The notes under the pieces are model-generated. The model was given only the letters and a program-made list of their open reading frames with translations. It was not told the DNA's origin and made no database searches. Shown here piece by piece: positions 12,861 to 25,459 of a DNA stretch of 64,000 nucleotides. Each line of letters starts with the position of its first letter. Position 1 is the stretch's first letter. The position numbers and the translations under genes were made by a program. Source of the stretch: Cenococcum geophilum (lineage: Eukaryota); assembly GCA_050273025.1 (NCBI GenBank), contig CP158636.1, positions 3,410,001-3,474,000 on the forward strand. The letters run 5' to 3'.

Positions 12861-15443
12861 AGATAGGTAGAAGAGAACCATTACTATATTATATTAAATT
12901 ATCTAAAATAATATTTATTTTGCTAGCCTTATAAATAGCCTTAAAGTAGCTTTTATTTATTTAAAATATACTATTAGTATAAAAGAGGTAAATATAATTA
13001 TAGTTGCCAAATGCGTAGATTACTAGCAGGTTTCGCGTAGGTTGCGCGCAGGTTGCGCGCAGATTGCGCGCAGGCTGCGTGTCAAAAAAACACGACATAG
13101 GCTAGTCGGTCGAGTTACCAAATGCCCTCAACTGCGCGCCAATTGCGTCAACCACCAACCATTAAGGCCATTGGTAGGGTACCATATTTTGCCGATATAG
13201 CTAATGCAAATCGGCTCTAGCTAAACGCGCCAAATCGGCTCCAGTCCAAATAGATCACTGGCTAGGGCTACGATGAATTCTCTAAACTAAGACAGTTTAA
13301 GTAACAAAATCAACAAGTGGCTATCCCCTCCCGACCCCTCTATAAACCTAAACGAAGTAAAGAAGAAGCGATATAATGGAACGGGCTACTAGTTCCTTAA
13401 CAATAAGCTATTTAAAGGATGGAAGTCAGGATTATGTTAGTGCCTCTGGCTATATAGAATCCTAGGATATAGTAAGACTGTTCTAAGCTTAACTATTATT
13501 AAATATCTCCAATTATACCAAGACAAGTTTTCTTCTATAGTGCTATATTTCTTCTTTAACTTTAATAATGCCAAGAAACAGTTAGTGGATGGTTTTACGC
13601 GCTCGCTCGTAGAATAACTATACTTAAGATGCTAAGCCTTAAGAAAAGAACTTAATGTACTATTTTTAAACTGCTTAGATGGTTACTATTAGCCTATAAT
13701 AGAGTCGCTCTTTAAGACCTTTCTGCGTATAATATAGTACATTAATTGCGTTTAAATTGTTATCAACGCCTTAAACAAATGTAAAGAAAGAAAAGAATTA
13801 ATTAGTTGGATAAAAAGGATATATGCCCTTAAACAAGCTAATATCTAGCTTTTAGCTATGAGTTAGAGAGAGGAAAAACTAGAGTCTGGGATTAGACGCT
13901 AGCTTAATAAGAAAAATTTTATCTCTATTTAATGGGAGCTAGTAGATTCTAATATTCGCGTATACGTCCGGGGAACGCTCTACGGTAATAATAACTTTCT
14001 TAGGTAGGAGTTAAAGCTAGGTATACTTAAAGAAATTAAGATTAAGCTAGTGGGAAAGGCGAATGGTATATAAGCATATATATTGCTTAGGACTTTATTA
14101 GCTAGCTAACGCTTACTTTTTAGATTATTAGGTTTCGATGGGCTATATATTAACTTAAGGCCCTTAAGAAATGCTTAGACCGTCAACAGCTGGCGGATAC
14201 GCTTATATCCCTTCTAGAGATACTTAATAAAACGTACTAAAGAATCTTAGTTAGTATAAATAAGCAAAATAAGCCTTATACAATAAGGATCCTACAGTTC
14301 CTTACTTTCTTAGATCGGCCCTTAACAATTAAGGAAGCCGTAGATATAGTGGTCGTTAACCCTTATAATATACCCCCATTTAACCCTAAGCTATACATGC
14401 CTAGACCTTTAGATATTATAAGGACCTATCCAAGCCTAATTGCTCTTATAAGAAGAAATCCAGATCCTAACAGACGAGAGGTGTGGGAACTTTAACTAGC
14501 ACACTTCTCTATTAAGGAATACCTCCAATCCAGACAAGTGTAGGACAGCTTTCGCAAGAGCTTTCTTAAGGTAAATATAAAAGGAGTTATCGTAAGCGTC
14601 TGCCTAGCGTATTTATTATAGGTTAATATTAATCTACCTACCGCTGATATCGAGTCTATATTTTCTCTTGCGTAATATTCTGCGAAGTATTGGAGTAAGT
14701 ATGTATGAACGGTGGATAGGCAGCAAGACGTTCTGGTAAGGATTCTATAATTTTTCGCAAACCCACAAGAATACTTCATTTAGGGCCGTATATATAATCC
14801 GGATAAGCCTTAGAAGGAGAATATAATATAAAGGCCTATATAAGAGCCACTATACTACACATCCCTAACCGGGCTAATCAATATTATGCGCTCTCTCCTA
14901 AAAATAGAAGTTAATATTAATAGGCAGGGAGGAAAATACGGGAACGCCCTACAGGCCGTAGCTATAAAAGGGTATAAAAAGATCGTCTAAGCTTTATTAA
15001 AGAGTGGCGCTAGCGTTAGCTAGTCCGGCGGCTTCTTTATAAACTTACTATATGCGGCTTATTATAAAGGCTACGGAGATATAGCGAAGATGTTACTGGA
15101 TAATAGGGCTAATCTAAACTAGTAGGGTAGTTTTTACGGCACCGCTCTTCATGCTGCGTCTCTTAAAGGTTATAGTACTGTTATACAAATATTAATTAAT
15201 AGAAAGGCCGATGTTAATGCCCGTAGGATACGGTATTACAGCGCTTTAGAGGCTATAGTATCTGGCAACCATAAAAAAATAGTTTAGATATTAATTTGCG
15301 CCGGCAGCAATATAAATATATAAAGTCGCTAGTTTAATAGGACTATCCTCTACTAGGCTGCTTAAATAGGTTAGGATAATATAACTAAAGTCTTACTAAA
15401 TGCATATGTAGCGGTTAACGCCTATAACAAAAACCGGAAAACG

Positions 15444-16430
15444 GCTCTTTACATTATATTAGAAAACGGGCATACTAAAACAGTTAATATATTGCTTAAA
15501 GCTGGTGCAAAAGTTAACGCTCTTAATAATTAATAGAGGGCTCTTTATATTATATTAAAAAACGGGCATACTAAGACAGTTAATGTACTGCTTAAAGCTG
15601 GTATAGAAGTTAATACTCTTAACGATTAATGGAGGGCTCTTTATATTATATTACAAGACGGGCATACTAAGACAGTTAATATATTGCTTAAAGCCGGTGT
15701 AGAAGTTAACACTCTTAATAATTAATAGAGGGCTCTTTATATTATATTAAAAAACGGGTATACTAAGACAGTTAATGTATTGCTTAAAGCTGGTGTAGAA
15801 GTTAACGCTCTTAATAATTAATAGAAGGCTCTTTATATTATATTACGGAACGGGTATACTAAGATAGTTAATATACTGCTTAAAGCTGGTGTAGAAGTTA
15901 ATGCTCTTAACGATTAATGGAGGGCTCTTTATATTACATTATAAGACGGGTATACTAAGATAGTTAATATATTGCTTAAAGCCGGTGCGGAAGTTGACGC
16001 TCTTAATAATTAATGGAGGGCTCTTTATAATATATTAGAAAAAGGGCATACCGAGACAGTTAATATATTGCTTAAAGCCGGTGCGGAAGTTGACGCTCTT
16101 AATAATTAATAAAGGGCTCTTTATAGTGCATTAGGGAACAGGCATACCGAGATAGTTAATGTATTGCTTAAAGCCGGTGCGGAAGTTGACGCTCTTAATA
16201 ATTAATGGAGGGCTCTTTACTGTGTATTAGGGAATAGGCATACTAAGACAGTTAATATATTGCTTAAAGCTGGTGCGGAAGTTAACGCTCTTAATAATTA
16301 ATAGAGGGCTCTTTATATTATATTAGGGAACGGGCATACTAAGATAGTTAATATATTGCTTAAGGCTGGTGCGGAAGTTAACGCTCTTAGTAATTAATAG
16401 AGGGCTCTTTGTATTGCATTGTGGAACAGG
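15444..16430 (+). repeat. Ten near-identical 96-bp (32-codon) ankyrin repeats
   Basis: gctcttt recurs every 96 bp from 15444 to 16404; de-RIPed consensus AL(H)xA(S)xxGHTETVNVLL(E)AGAEVDAL(DD).WR. Confidence 0.9.
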
Positions 16431-17169
16431 CATATAGCTGTCGTTAAATTACTTCTTATAAACAACACTATCAATCCAAACTTAAAAGATAACGTAGGTC
16501 GGATACCGCTATTTTTGGCAGCAAGAAACGGATCCCGGAAACTATTTAAGCTGTTACTTTCCAATAATAGGGTTAAACCTGACACCAAGAATTATTACGC
16601 TTTGATACTATTATTAATAGCAGTAGCTAATAGACGCGAAGAGGTAGTAGAGCTCCTTCTCGCCATTAACTATATAAACTTTAATTATGTAGACAGTTTC
16701 GGTCAAACTCCACTATAGTGGGCTAAACGGAATAGGAATTCTCAGATTATAAAACTCCTTAAAAATAATTAAAAGAAAAGTAAGCTTATTTTTAAGAATT
16801 TCTACTTTACGGAAATGGATCAGGTTTAATACGATAAGGCTTTAAGATAGTGCAACGTCTACACGTTGGATATTCTGACGGGGAATACTTACTATAAATG
16901 CTTAGTTTGTAATAGAGAGGGTTTCCATATTTATTTGGAGTGCTTTAAAATTAGTAGCCATTGTCTTAATAATTCTCACACATTGGTGAACAAATAAATG
17001 TCAAAATGTTAATTATGTTAAATTGGCTGACCTAACCGTGAAATTGTGAAATATTTGAAACCGACATGGGTTGAGTCAGTAATCTCTGGATCTGCCCCAA
17101 CTCGATGTAAAATATCGCCTTGTACTCCTTCCAATATAGCTACAGGGAGTTGAGTATAATATCCTCCCT

Positions 17170-17390
17170 GTGAAGAAGTGGACAAGCAAGTGGTGGGGAC
17201 GTTTAAGAGGGCGCTGGGTGCGGAGTATCTAGGTACGCTAACCAACGTCGCCAACCTTGCATTTAGGTTGGAATCACATCGCCGCAATGAGGAGGCCATC
17301 TTACCGATAAAAAATTTTCTAGCTGCGGAAACAGATCCTTAGCCCTTAGCATCCTTATAAAGAGACATCCCTCAAAGCTCTGAATAATAG
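17170..17390 (+). pseudogene. TPR (kinesin-light-chain-like) remnant of an NLR C-terminus
   Basis: KQVVGTFKRALGAEYLGTLTNVANLAF... and RKQILSP.HP..ETSL resemble LGxxHPxTLxSMxNLA repeats. Confidence 0.6.
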
Positions 17391-17565
17391 CGACGGGACC
17401 TTAAAGCCACTTTATATTACGGGTTATATACTTATAGGTCTTCTAAGCGTTACCTAGAAGAGATTATATAGTAAACGGAAGCTAGTACAAATGTAAAATG
17501 TTTAAGCTGGGTAAGTATACTTATAAGTAATATATAACAGTAATAAAAGTAGTTTAGTATTAGAT

Positions 17566-17864
17566 GTCGTCACTATAAGTAGGGAGGATGGCCGACCCGC
17601 ACCGGCCACGCCCTTGTTAAGGGTCTACTTCTTAGAATTAAAGAATAGAGGAAATAGGGGAACTGTAGTTGGTGTTGGAATAAACGGTCTTAAGTATGGC
17701 GTTGTGGCGGTAATGCACTGCCTCCACTACTCGGCGTTTGGCTTGGCGCGGTTGCTAAGTTAACTAAACTATGCCGAAATCCCCAACCTATATCCTCGTC
17801 AACGGATATACATTAAAGGTACAGGCGCTCCCGTAGGCGGGTCGTCCGCAGGGATTAGCACTAG
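17566..17864. repeat. Right inverted repeat of cassette 2 (17566-17618) plus conserved tail copy 2
   Basis: Inverse of 8291-8343, followed by aagggtctacttctt... as at 7327. Confidence 0.9.
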
Positions 17865-18340
17865 CTCTATAGATTCGGTGTGGCGTCTCGTCTTAGTTAA
17901 GAGATGCATTATATGGATACTTGGCGTTTTCTTAATAACTTTACTAGTTGGATAGGAAAGCTATGCGGAAATTTTATCACCGGATTGGGATTTTTTACGC
18001 CATTTGCTTAAAAGGAAAAGTAAAGGTTAAAAATAGGAGCGAGGAGGTTTAGGGGATTGAGTAGACCCTGAAAATAGAGGACCTAATTTTAGGCTCTTAA
18101 AACATCTAAAATTAGGACCCTCTTAGAAGCTAAAAATAGCCCTTTGTTTATACCTAAAACTAAATACTTAATTTTTAGAGCCTACTTAATCCCCCTCTTT
18201 TTTTCTCTCTAAGTCTAGGTAGTAGCCTTAGATATAACTTATATAAAACGGCGCAAGGCAACTTATTAAAGTGTAAGCTAGTCGTGCCAACTAATTAAAA
18301 GCTAAGAAGCTGAGGATAAAAATAAATCCTAGCGATTCGC

Positions 18341-18425
18341 GCTTCGTTCCCCTAGGGCTTCGTTCCCCTAGGGCTTCGTTCCCCTAGGGCTTCGTTCCCC
18401 TAGGGCTTCGTTCCCCTAGGGCTTT
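18341..18425. repeat. 16-bp tandem repeat, 5 copies
   Basis: gcttcgttcccctagg x5. Confidence 0.9.
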
Positions 18426-18649
18426 ATCTCCCCTTAGCTTGCTTAGATCTGCCCTTATATATAAAGTAAACCAAAAGCAACATATAGATTGTTGGGGGTC
18501 CACTAGCGAAAATTTTGACCCGAGTTTATACTTAATAGGCCCTTATTTAAAGGCTTTTAATATAAAGGCTTTTAGGTTAAAGACTTTTAATATAGCTTTT
18601 ATAGTTCGCAATTAAGATTATATTAGTTACGAATATAACCTATAATATT

Positions 18650-18880
18650 AATAAGTACCTATAAGTAGGAGTACCTATAATTACGGGGAGCACCTATAAT
18701 AGAAAGGAGTACCTATAATAGGGAGTACTTTTAATAGTAAGGAGTACCTACCATAATAAGGAGTACCTACGAAAATAAGGAGTACCCGCGATAAAGGAGA
18801 GTGCCTATAAATAGTAGTGCCTACGGTAATAGGGAGCACCTATAATGTTAGGGAGTACCTATAATAGTAGGTGCCTATAG
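18650..18880. repeat. Degenerate tandem repeat with ggagtacctataa core
   Basis: Core motif recurs more than ten times with variable spacing. Confidence 0.7.
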
Positions 18881-21800
18881 CAATATACCTTTAGCCAGTT
18901 TTTAGTAGCCGTCTTTAAATAGTTAGCATTTAGTCTTAGTAAATACAGTGACTATAAACCGGAATTACATTATTCTATTACTTTATTTCTATACTAGGTA
19001 GGTTATTATAAGGGATATTATTGCCGTCACCTTAAAAAGCCCTTAGGGTAGCCCTTAAAAGGTTGTCAGTTACGTGACAGAGGCACATGCCCATAGTATA
19101 TATAGTTCTCCTCGATCCTAAAGGCCTTACCTCCTTAAGGATTCGTTTCCTCTCTAATCTCTCTTATTTTACAATTATACCTTTATAGCCCCCTGCCTAT
19201 AAAGTCCTCTTATAGTTATCTTATTAGCTTAGCTAAGTCTTTAATATATATATAATCTAGGCAGTTAGGTAACAGCTTTAGTTACATATCTATCTATCAC
19301 AGTTACGTAAGGGGATATTTTAATTTTTGTATAATTGGGAGGCGTAGGGCTATAAGGTCGCTCTAGGGCTAGTTCTTAACAGTTTTACTAGTTCCTAGCA
19401 CTTAAATCTACTAAGGATTTGCCTTAAAGCGGCTAGATGTTCTTAACCGTAAGCCTATAGCTGTAAGACTATCTAACTGTAGTAGTTACATTAAGGCTGG
19501 CTTTTAGTGGTTTTACTAGTTCCTAGTACCTACTAAAGAATTACCTTAAAGCGCTATCTATATATAATATATACTAAGTATAAGGGATAGCGGGTAAAGA
19601 AAGCGAATTAGCCACGTAGTGACTGCGTTTAATATTCGCGAATATTGCGGAAGGTCTTAGTATTGTGTATTACTAAGGTAAATACTGCCAAGCAATATAT
19701 AGACGCTAGTATCTATCTATCGCAGTTATATAAGGGGATATTTTAATTTTTATATAATTGGGAGGCGTAGGGCTATAAGGTCGCTCTAGGGCTAGTTTTT
19801 AGTAGTTTTGCTAGTTCCTAGCACTTAAATCTGTTAAGGATTTGCCCTAAAGCGGCTAGATATCCCTAAGCAAAGCTCCTACGCCTAATAAGACATTACT
19901 GTATTCTACTATATTCTACCAAATTCTGCTACCTTATTATATTCTACTAAATTCTACTATATTATTATATTCTGCCAAATTCTGCTATATTGTTACATTC
20001 TGCCAAATTCTGCCATATTATCGCATTCTGCTAAATTCTGCTATATTATTGCATTCTACCAAGTTCTGCTATATTATTATATTCTGCTATATTCTACTAA
20101 CCCTAAGTTATAAGCTAACTAATTAGAATTTTCTATACCCGGTATAGAAAATTGCTATTAGCTTACTTACTACTAGCGCCTTAGCGGCCCTCTTAATATC
20201 TTAACCTACTACGTAGTAATCCTTACGTTAAGAGCGGTATACTACGCTAAAAGTAAGAGTTAAGGTAACGGAGGTTAGTGGTTTTAGTCTTAATATATAG
20301 GTGAAAGGCTTCTAATAACTACTAACCTAGCTACTGAATTTGCTAATATAAATACCTTAAATCTTTAGCGAACTAGGTAGCGCCCTAGCAAAAGGAGTAG
20401 TTTAAGTAACTACTTAGGTTAATCCCAGTAGCTATTAGATAAGAGGAAAGAATCTTGCGAACCCCTAAAGAGGTAAAGGGTTTACTATTAAAACTAAATA
20501 AGGGAGAGTTAAGGGGTTAAGGGTCCCTATTAAACAGCTTTATTATAGCAGCAATTAGGTATAATAGGCCGCCTACTATCGCAATAGCGACGTTAACGCC
20601 CTAGTATTACTTATTAGCTTTACTTTATTTAAGGCGGAATATTATCCTACTAGGCGTAAAGGTAATATTATATTAAGTGGCCTTTTTTACTAGGAAGGTT
20701 ATTTAGTTTTTAAGCTCCGCCGTAGTATACGTAATCTTACCTATCTATAGAAATCCAGTAAATATAAGGGTGAATACGGCATTAGTGTTAATATCTGGTA
20801 GCGATAGGCCGTGTATTACTACCTGGGCTAGAATATCCCTAGTAATAGGTTACTTGTCCTTTTTTACTAAGGGAGAGATAGCGGCTGCTTTAGTAAGTAA
20901 TTAGTATACTATAAGATCCTTAAATGCTGTAATTAAGATACCGTAATCTACGTAGCGCGAGCGAATTATAGAAATATAGGCTTATAAGGTTTCGGCCTTA
21001 AGCCTGCCTATTTATAGCTAAGAGGTATTAAATACGCGGTAGGTAATCTATTCGCCTAGTTTACGCGGCTTAGCTAAATAGGGGGAGACTCCTTTAAGTG
21101 CGCAGTATAACTCCCAGCTATTAACTACTAAGGAATAGTTCCTATAGGTTACTAGCGTAAGGCTATTCCAGAGAAGGAGCGTATAAAGGTTAGATAGCGC
21201 GTTAATATTATCTTTAAAGTTTATAGGCGGTTATAAGTAGTCCGTTAGGTTTACGGCACCTATTAAAAATTTATTAACTTTAGTAGTAATAAATTAAGGG
21301 CCTAGTATGGGCAGAACTAATAAATAGCCGCGGCCTAGAATTAAGATAGTGTATTAGCTAAGCCATTTAAATTACCTAGGATCTACTTCGCGGATATTAT
21401 AATATCGTGAGCTATAGTAGCTAGTATAATCTTACGGAGTAATTTATTTACTATACTACGGATAATAGTTTTCTTAATACCCTAGTAAACCACTATGCTA
21501 TTAATATAAATAGATAGCGCGCTATACTACTAGTTAGTAGACTATAGATTAAATACGTAAGTAATAGTATGCATCTCTTTTAGATTAATATAGTCTACTT
21601 ATTAACTAGGCTTAGGCAATATACTAAACGCCTAAAATTAAGGGAAGTTGGCTATATACCACTGCCAGTTATCCTTATATTTAAGTTCCTTAAAAAAGTA
21701 AAAGCTACTAAACCTAAACTAGGTAGAGGCGTTAGTAAAGAGATAAATGTGGATACGCTTAACATCGTTAAAGAATAATACCCTATTACTTATAGTAAGT

Positions 21801-23041
21801 AGGTTAAGTTAGATATATAAGTTACTTTATAACTTAGTGCTAAATCGCCTAAGTTTATACTTATTTACTAAAGTCTCTAGCTAAGCAGTAATAAAGATCT
21901 AGAGGGATCTAGAGTAAGATTAACTAAGTTTAATTATATAGGCGCATTATATAAGGTAGCCTATAAGCTACTAGGCTTAAAGGAACAATAATAAGCCGTA
22001 TTAGAGTGTGGTAGTAACTTTCTTAATAGCACGTAATTATTTCTATGGTAATAATCGCGTTTACATTTATATAGTGTTAATAGTATATTCTAGAACTTTA
22101 ATAATAGTTCCTACTATATCTTTAGAGCTATTTTAAGGGATACTTAGGGAGTTAGTAATAGAGATATAAGTCTAGGTAATAGCCACTAAGTCGTTTAGGT
22201 TAGTAAGGATAAAGATAAAGTTATCTAGGTAGTGTTCTACCTTATGAGGTAGTTATAAATAGAGTATCTAGTATAGGCTTTCCGTGAAGAGGTTAAATAT
22301 AAGCGGCGTAGTTCGAAGACTAAAGGATAGGCAGTATTCTTAGTAGGTAATACCTTCCTAGGAGAAGCCTATTAATGTTCTTACCCTATAAGATAGGGGG
22401 ACTATACAGAACGCGTCTTTAATATCTCTTTTAAGCAGCAGATATTTATAACCTATAAAAATAACGTAGGCTTAAATAGCGGTAACTGTAGTATATACTA
22501 GTGCTCTATATTCTTCTAGGATTATATTATTAACTAAAGATGCTAGTAAAAAGGAGAGATTATAAATTCGGCGGTATCCTCTATCCGATTTTAGCACTAG
22601 GCTAAGAGGTAAAACTATAATAGGCCCTATCGCGATTCTAATGTGTCCTTTTTTAAGGTCTAATATTATCTTCTTAGAGATAAGGTCGGTGTTATCCTAA
22701 GAGGAGTTATAGTTCCTATAAGATCTTAGGGTAGAAATAGACTTAGCTCCTATCTCGCAGCTATAGGTTAGGATGCCTACTAAGGTGGCTAGTAGATTGC
22801 CCGGGTAGTTAAATAAAAGAAAGTGCTACGCTAAGATCCTTAGGGGTAATAGAGAGTAGTAGAGAGCCTTCGCCTTTATAAAGGTAGAAAATAATAGTAA
22901 TGTATTAGGCCTAGGTCCTAGGCGTATAATTAAAGTTAGTATTATTATTAGGCTAGACCCTACTTTATAAGGTTCGCCTTACTATTCCTAGGCGCAAGCT
23001 TTAGATAATATAGTATAATCTTTACTATACTTTAAGCACTT

Positions 23042-25459
23042 CATCAGGAAATTTTTTTTTTAGGCACGTTGTCGCAAGCGAAAATCGGGGTCTGCAAAAC
23101 CTGCGTAAGTCGCGATTTTAGCGATTTGCGGTAACTTGCGGCGATTTGCTACAAATACATAGGCTACCCATGTAAATCGCCGCAAATTGCGACTTAAGTA
23201 GACCCTAATTTTCGGCTGTAATAAAAACGCAACAAAAATACTATAAAGCTCTACACGAAGCTCTACACAAAGCTCTGCACGAAGCTCTGCACAAAGCTCT
23301 ACACGAAGCTCTGCACGAAGCTCTGCACGAAGCTCTATACGAAGCTCTGCGTATAGAGGCTCTGTACGAGGCTCTGCACGAAGCTCTACACGAGGCTCTG
23401 CACGAAGCTCTACACGAAGCTTTGCACGAAGCTCTACACGAAGCTTTGCACGAAGCTCTACACGAGGCTCTACACGAAGCTCTACACGAAGCTCTACACG
23501 AAGCTCTACACGAAGCTCTACACGAAGCTCTACACGAAGCTCTACACGAAGCTCTACACGAAGCTCTACACGAAGCTCTACACGAAGCTCTACACGAAGC
23601 TCTACACGAAGCTCTATACGAAGCTCTACACGAAGCTCTGCATAAAGCTCTACACGAAGCTCTACACGAGGCTCTGCACGAAGCTCTACACGAAGCTCTG
23701 CACGAAGCTTTGCATAAAGCTCTACACGAAGCTCTACACGAAGCTCTACACAAAGCTCTGCACGAAGCTTTGCGCGAGGCTCTACACGAAGCTCTACACG
23801 AAGCTTTGCACAAGGCTCTGCATAAGGCTCTACACGAAGCTCTGCACGAAGCTCTGCACGAAGCTCTATACGAAGCTCTGCGTATAGAGGCTCTGTACGA
23901 GGCTCTGCACGAAGCTCTACACGAGGCTCTGCACGAAGCTCTACACGAAGCTCTACACGAAGCTCTACACGAAGCTCTGCACGAAGCTCTACACGAAGCT
24001 CTGCACGAAGCTCTACACGAAGCTCTGCACAAAGCTTTGCACAAGGCTCTACACGAGGCTCTATACGAAGCTCTGCGTACAGAGGCTCTGTACGAGGCTC
24101 TGCACGAAGCTCTACACAAGGCTCTACACGAAGCTCTACACGAAGCTCTGCACGAAGCTCTACACGAAGCTCTACACAAAGCTCTGCACGAAGCTTTGCG
24201 CGAGGCTCTACACGAAGCTCTACACGAAGCTTTGCACAAGGCTCTGCATAAGGCTCTACACGAAGCTCTGCACGAAGCTCTACACAAGGCTCTACACGAA
24301 GCTCTACGTACAGAGGCTCTGCACGAGGCTTTGCGCGAAGCTCTACATACGGAGGCTCTACACGAAGCTCTGCACGAAGCTCTACACGAAGCTCTACGTA
24401 CAGAGGCTCTGCACGAGGCTTTGCGCGACATACGGAGGCTCTACACGAAGCTCTGCATCGGGTCCCCGCTATATTCCCGATAGCCTCTACACGTGCCTCT
24501 GCCAAGTGTACCCCTTATCTATATACCTAGGTAGCCACCTTATTTTTTACCCTTCCTTCCTTACATCCTCCCTACCTAGGGAGGCACCAGAACGGCAGCC
24601 AGCTGAGGACCGTCGCCAGAACTAGACGACCGTCGACCGTCGCCAGAGCCAGACGACCACCGTTCGAATATACAGCCAGCGAACGGCCGTAGAGAACGAT
24701 TTGAATTAATACGATTAATCGATCAATTAAATCAGGCGGAGCCTTCGATTGGGCCGACCTTTCCCCCAAATTACAGACAGGTAGGCATAGATAGTAGCAC
24801 AGATAGGAGGCACAGACGGTAGGCACAGACGGTAGGTATAGACAGGTAGGCATAGACAGGTAGCACAGATAGGTAGGTACAGACAGGTAGGCACAGACAG
24901 TAGGCACAGACAGGTAGGCACAGATAGTAGGTATAGACAGTAGGCATAGGCAGGTAGGTATAGGCAGGTACAGACAGACAGACAGGTAGGTAGGCAGGCA
25001 GGCAGGTAGGCAGGCAGGCACTAGGCCTAGTTAGGAAATTAGTATATAGCTAGCAGATCGTTAGGAATACCGCCAATTAATAATTTAGAGCCTTTGTAAA
25101 GGGTATCCCCCTTATCTTAATTACTTAATAAATAGCTCTATATTTTATATAGTTATATAGAAATATAAAATATGTAAAATATAAAATGTATAAAATATGC
25201 AAAATGTGTAAAATATATAAAATATATAAAATATACAAAACGTATAAAATATACAGGCTCTACGCGTTTGCTGCGAGTTACTATAAAATACGTAGGCTCT
25301 GTGCAGTTTGCTGCAAGTTGCTGCAAAATACGCAGGCTCTATGCAGTATACTATAAAATGTGTAAACCGCACAAGACTATATACGACTGCCGCGACCATA
25401 CAGTTTGCCGCAAATTGCCGTAAACTGCAATAACGAGCCCGAAAAAAAATTTCCTAATG
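23042..25459. mobile_element. Non-autonomous TIR element with CATCAGGAAATTTTT termini and a 2-bp TSD
   Basis: Left end catcaggaaattttttttttaggcacgttgtcgc; right end gcaataacgagcccgaaaaaaaatttcctaatg; tt duplicated relative to the empty site in Ngaro copy B (~50405-50415). Confidence 0.85.
23241..25020. repeat. Second copy of the composite module (~100 x 12-bp units, linker, gaccgtcgccag and acaggtaggc arrays)
   Basis: Linker atcgggtccccgctatattcccgatagcctctacacgtgcctct is identical to ~11859-11902. Confidence 0.9.

Larger units (their letters stand above)
10107..13260 (-). mobile_element. Non-autonomous hAT-type DNA transposon
   Basis: 22-bp TIRs cagtgatttatttagactggag / ctccagtccaaatagatcactg; exact 8-bp TSD gctagggc at 10099-10106 and 13261-13268; transposase-like minus-strand fragment at ~10400-10510 (TYFYRWL(CE)KQE). 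Removing the element restores the NLR reading frame. Confidence 0.9.
8990..16997 (+). pseudogene. Fungal NLR: PNP_UDP phosphorylase - NACHT - ankyrin repeats - C-terminal Cys-rich (ZZ-like) finger; RIP-inactivated and interrupted by a hAT-type element
   Basis: MTSLKSLQSRNLYTIGWITAL..., GLL(IG)IGAGIP, CF(EM)EAAGL, RG.(CD)YA(D)S(H)KND; Walker A LWLY(G)I(P)G(CG)KTVLS at ~13445; LAHFSIKEYL at ~14495; ankyrin units ~14830-16770; CNV(C)..C..C..ICLEC..HC at 16850-16975. Confidence 0.9.

Noticed and set aside
23060..24505. Long ORFs (HEAL, ELRV, CRAS repeats)
   Set aside because: Translation artefacts of a stop-free 12-bp satellite, open in several frames on both strands.
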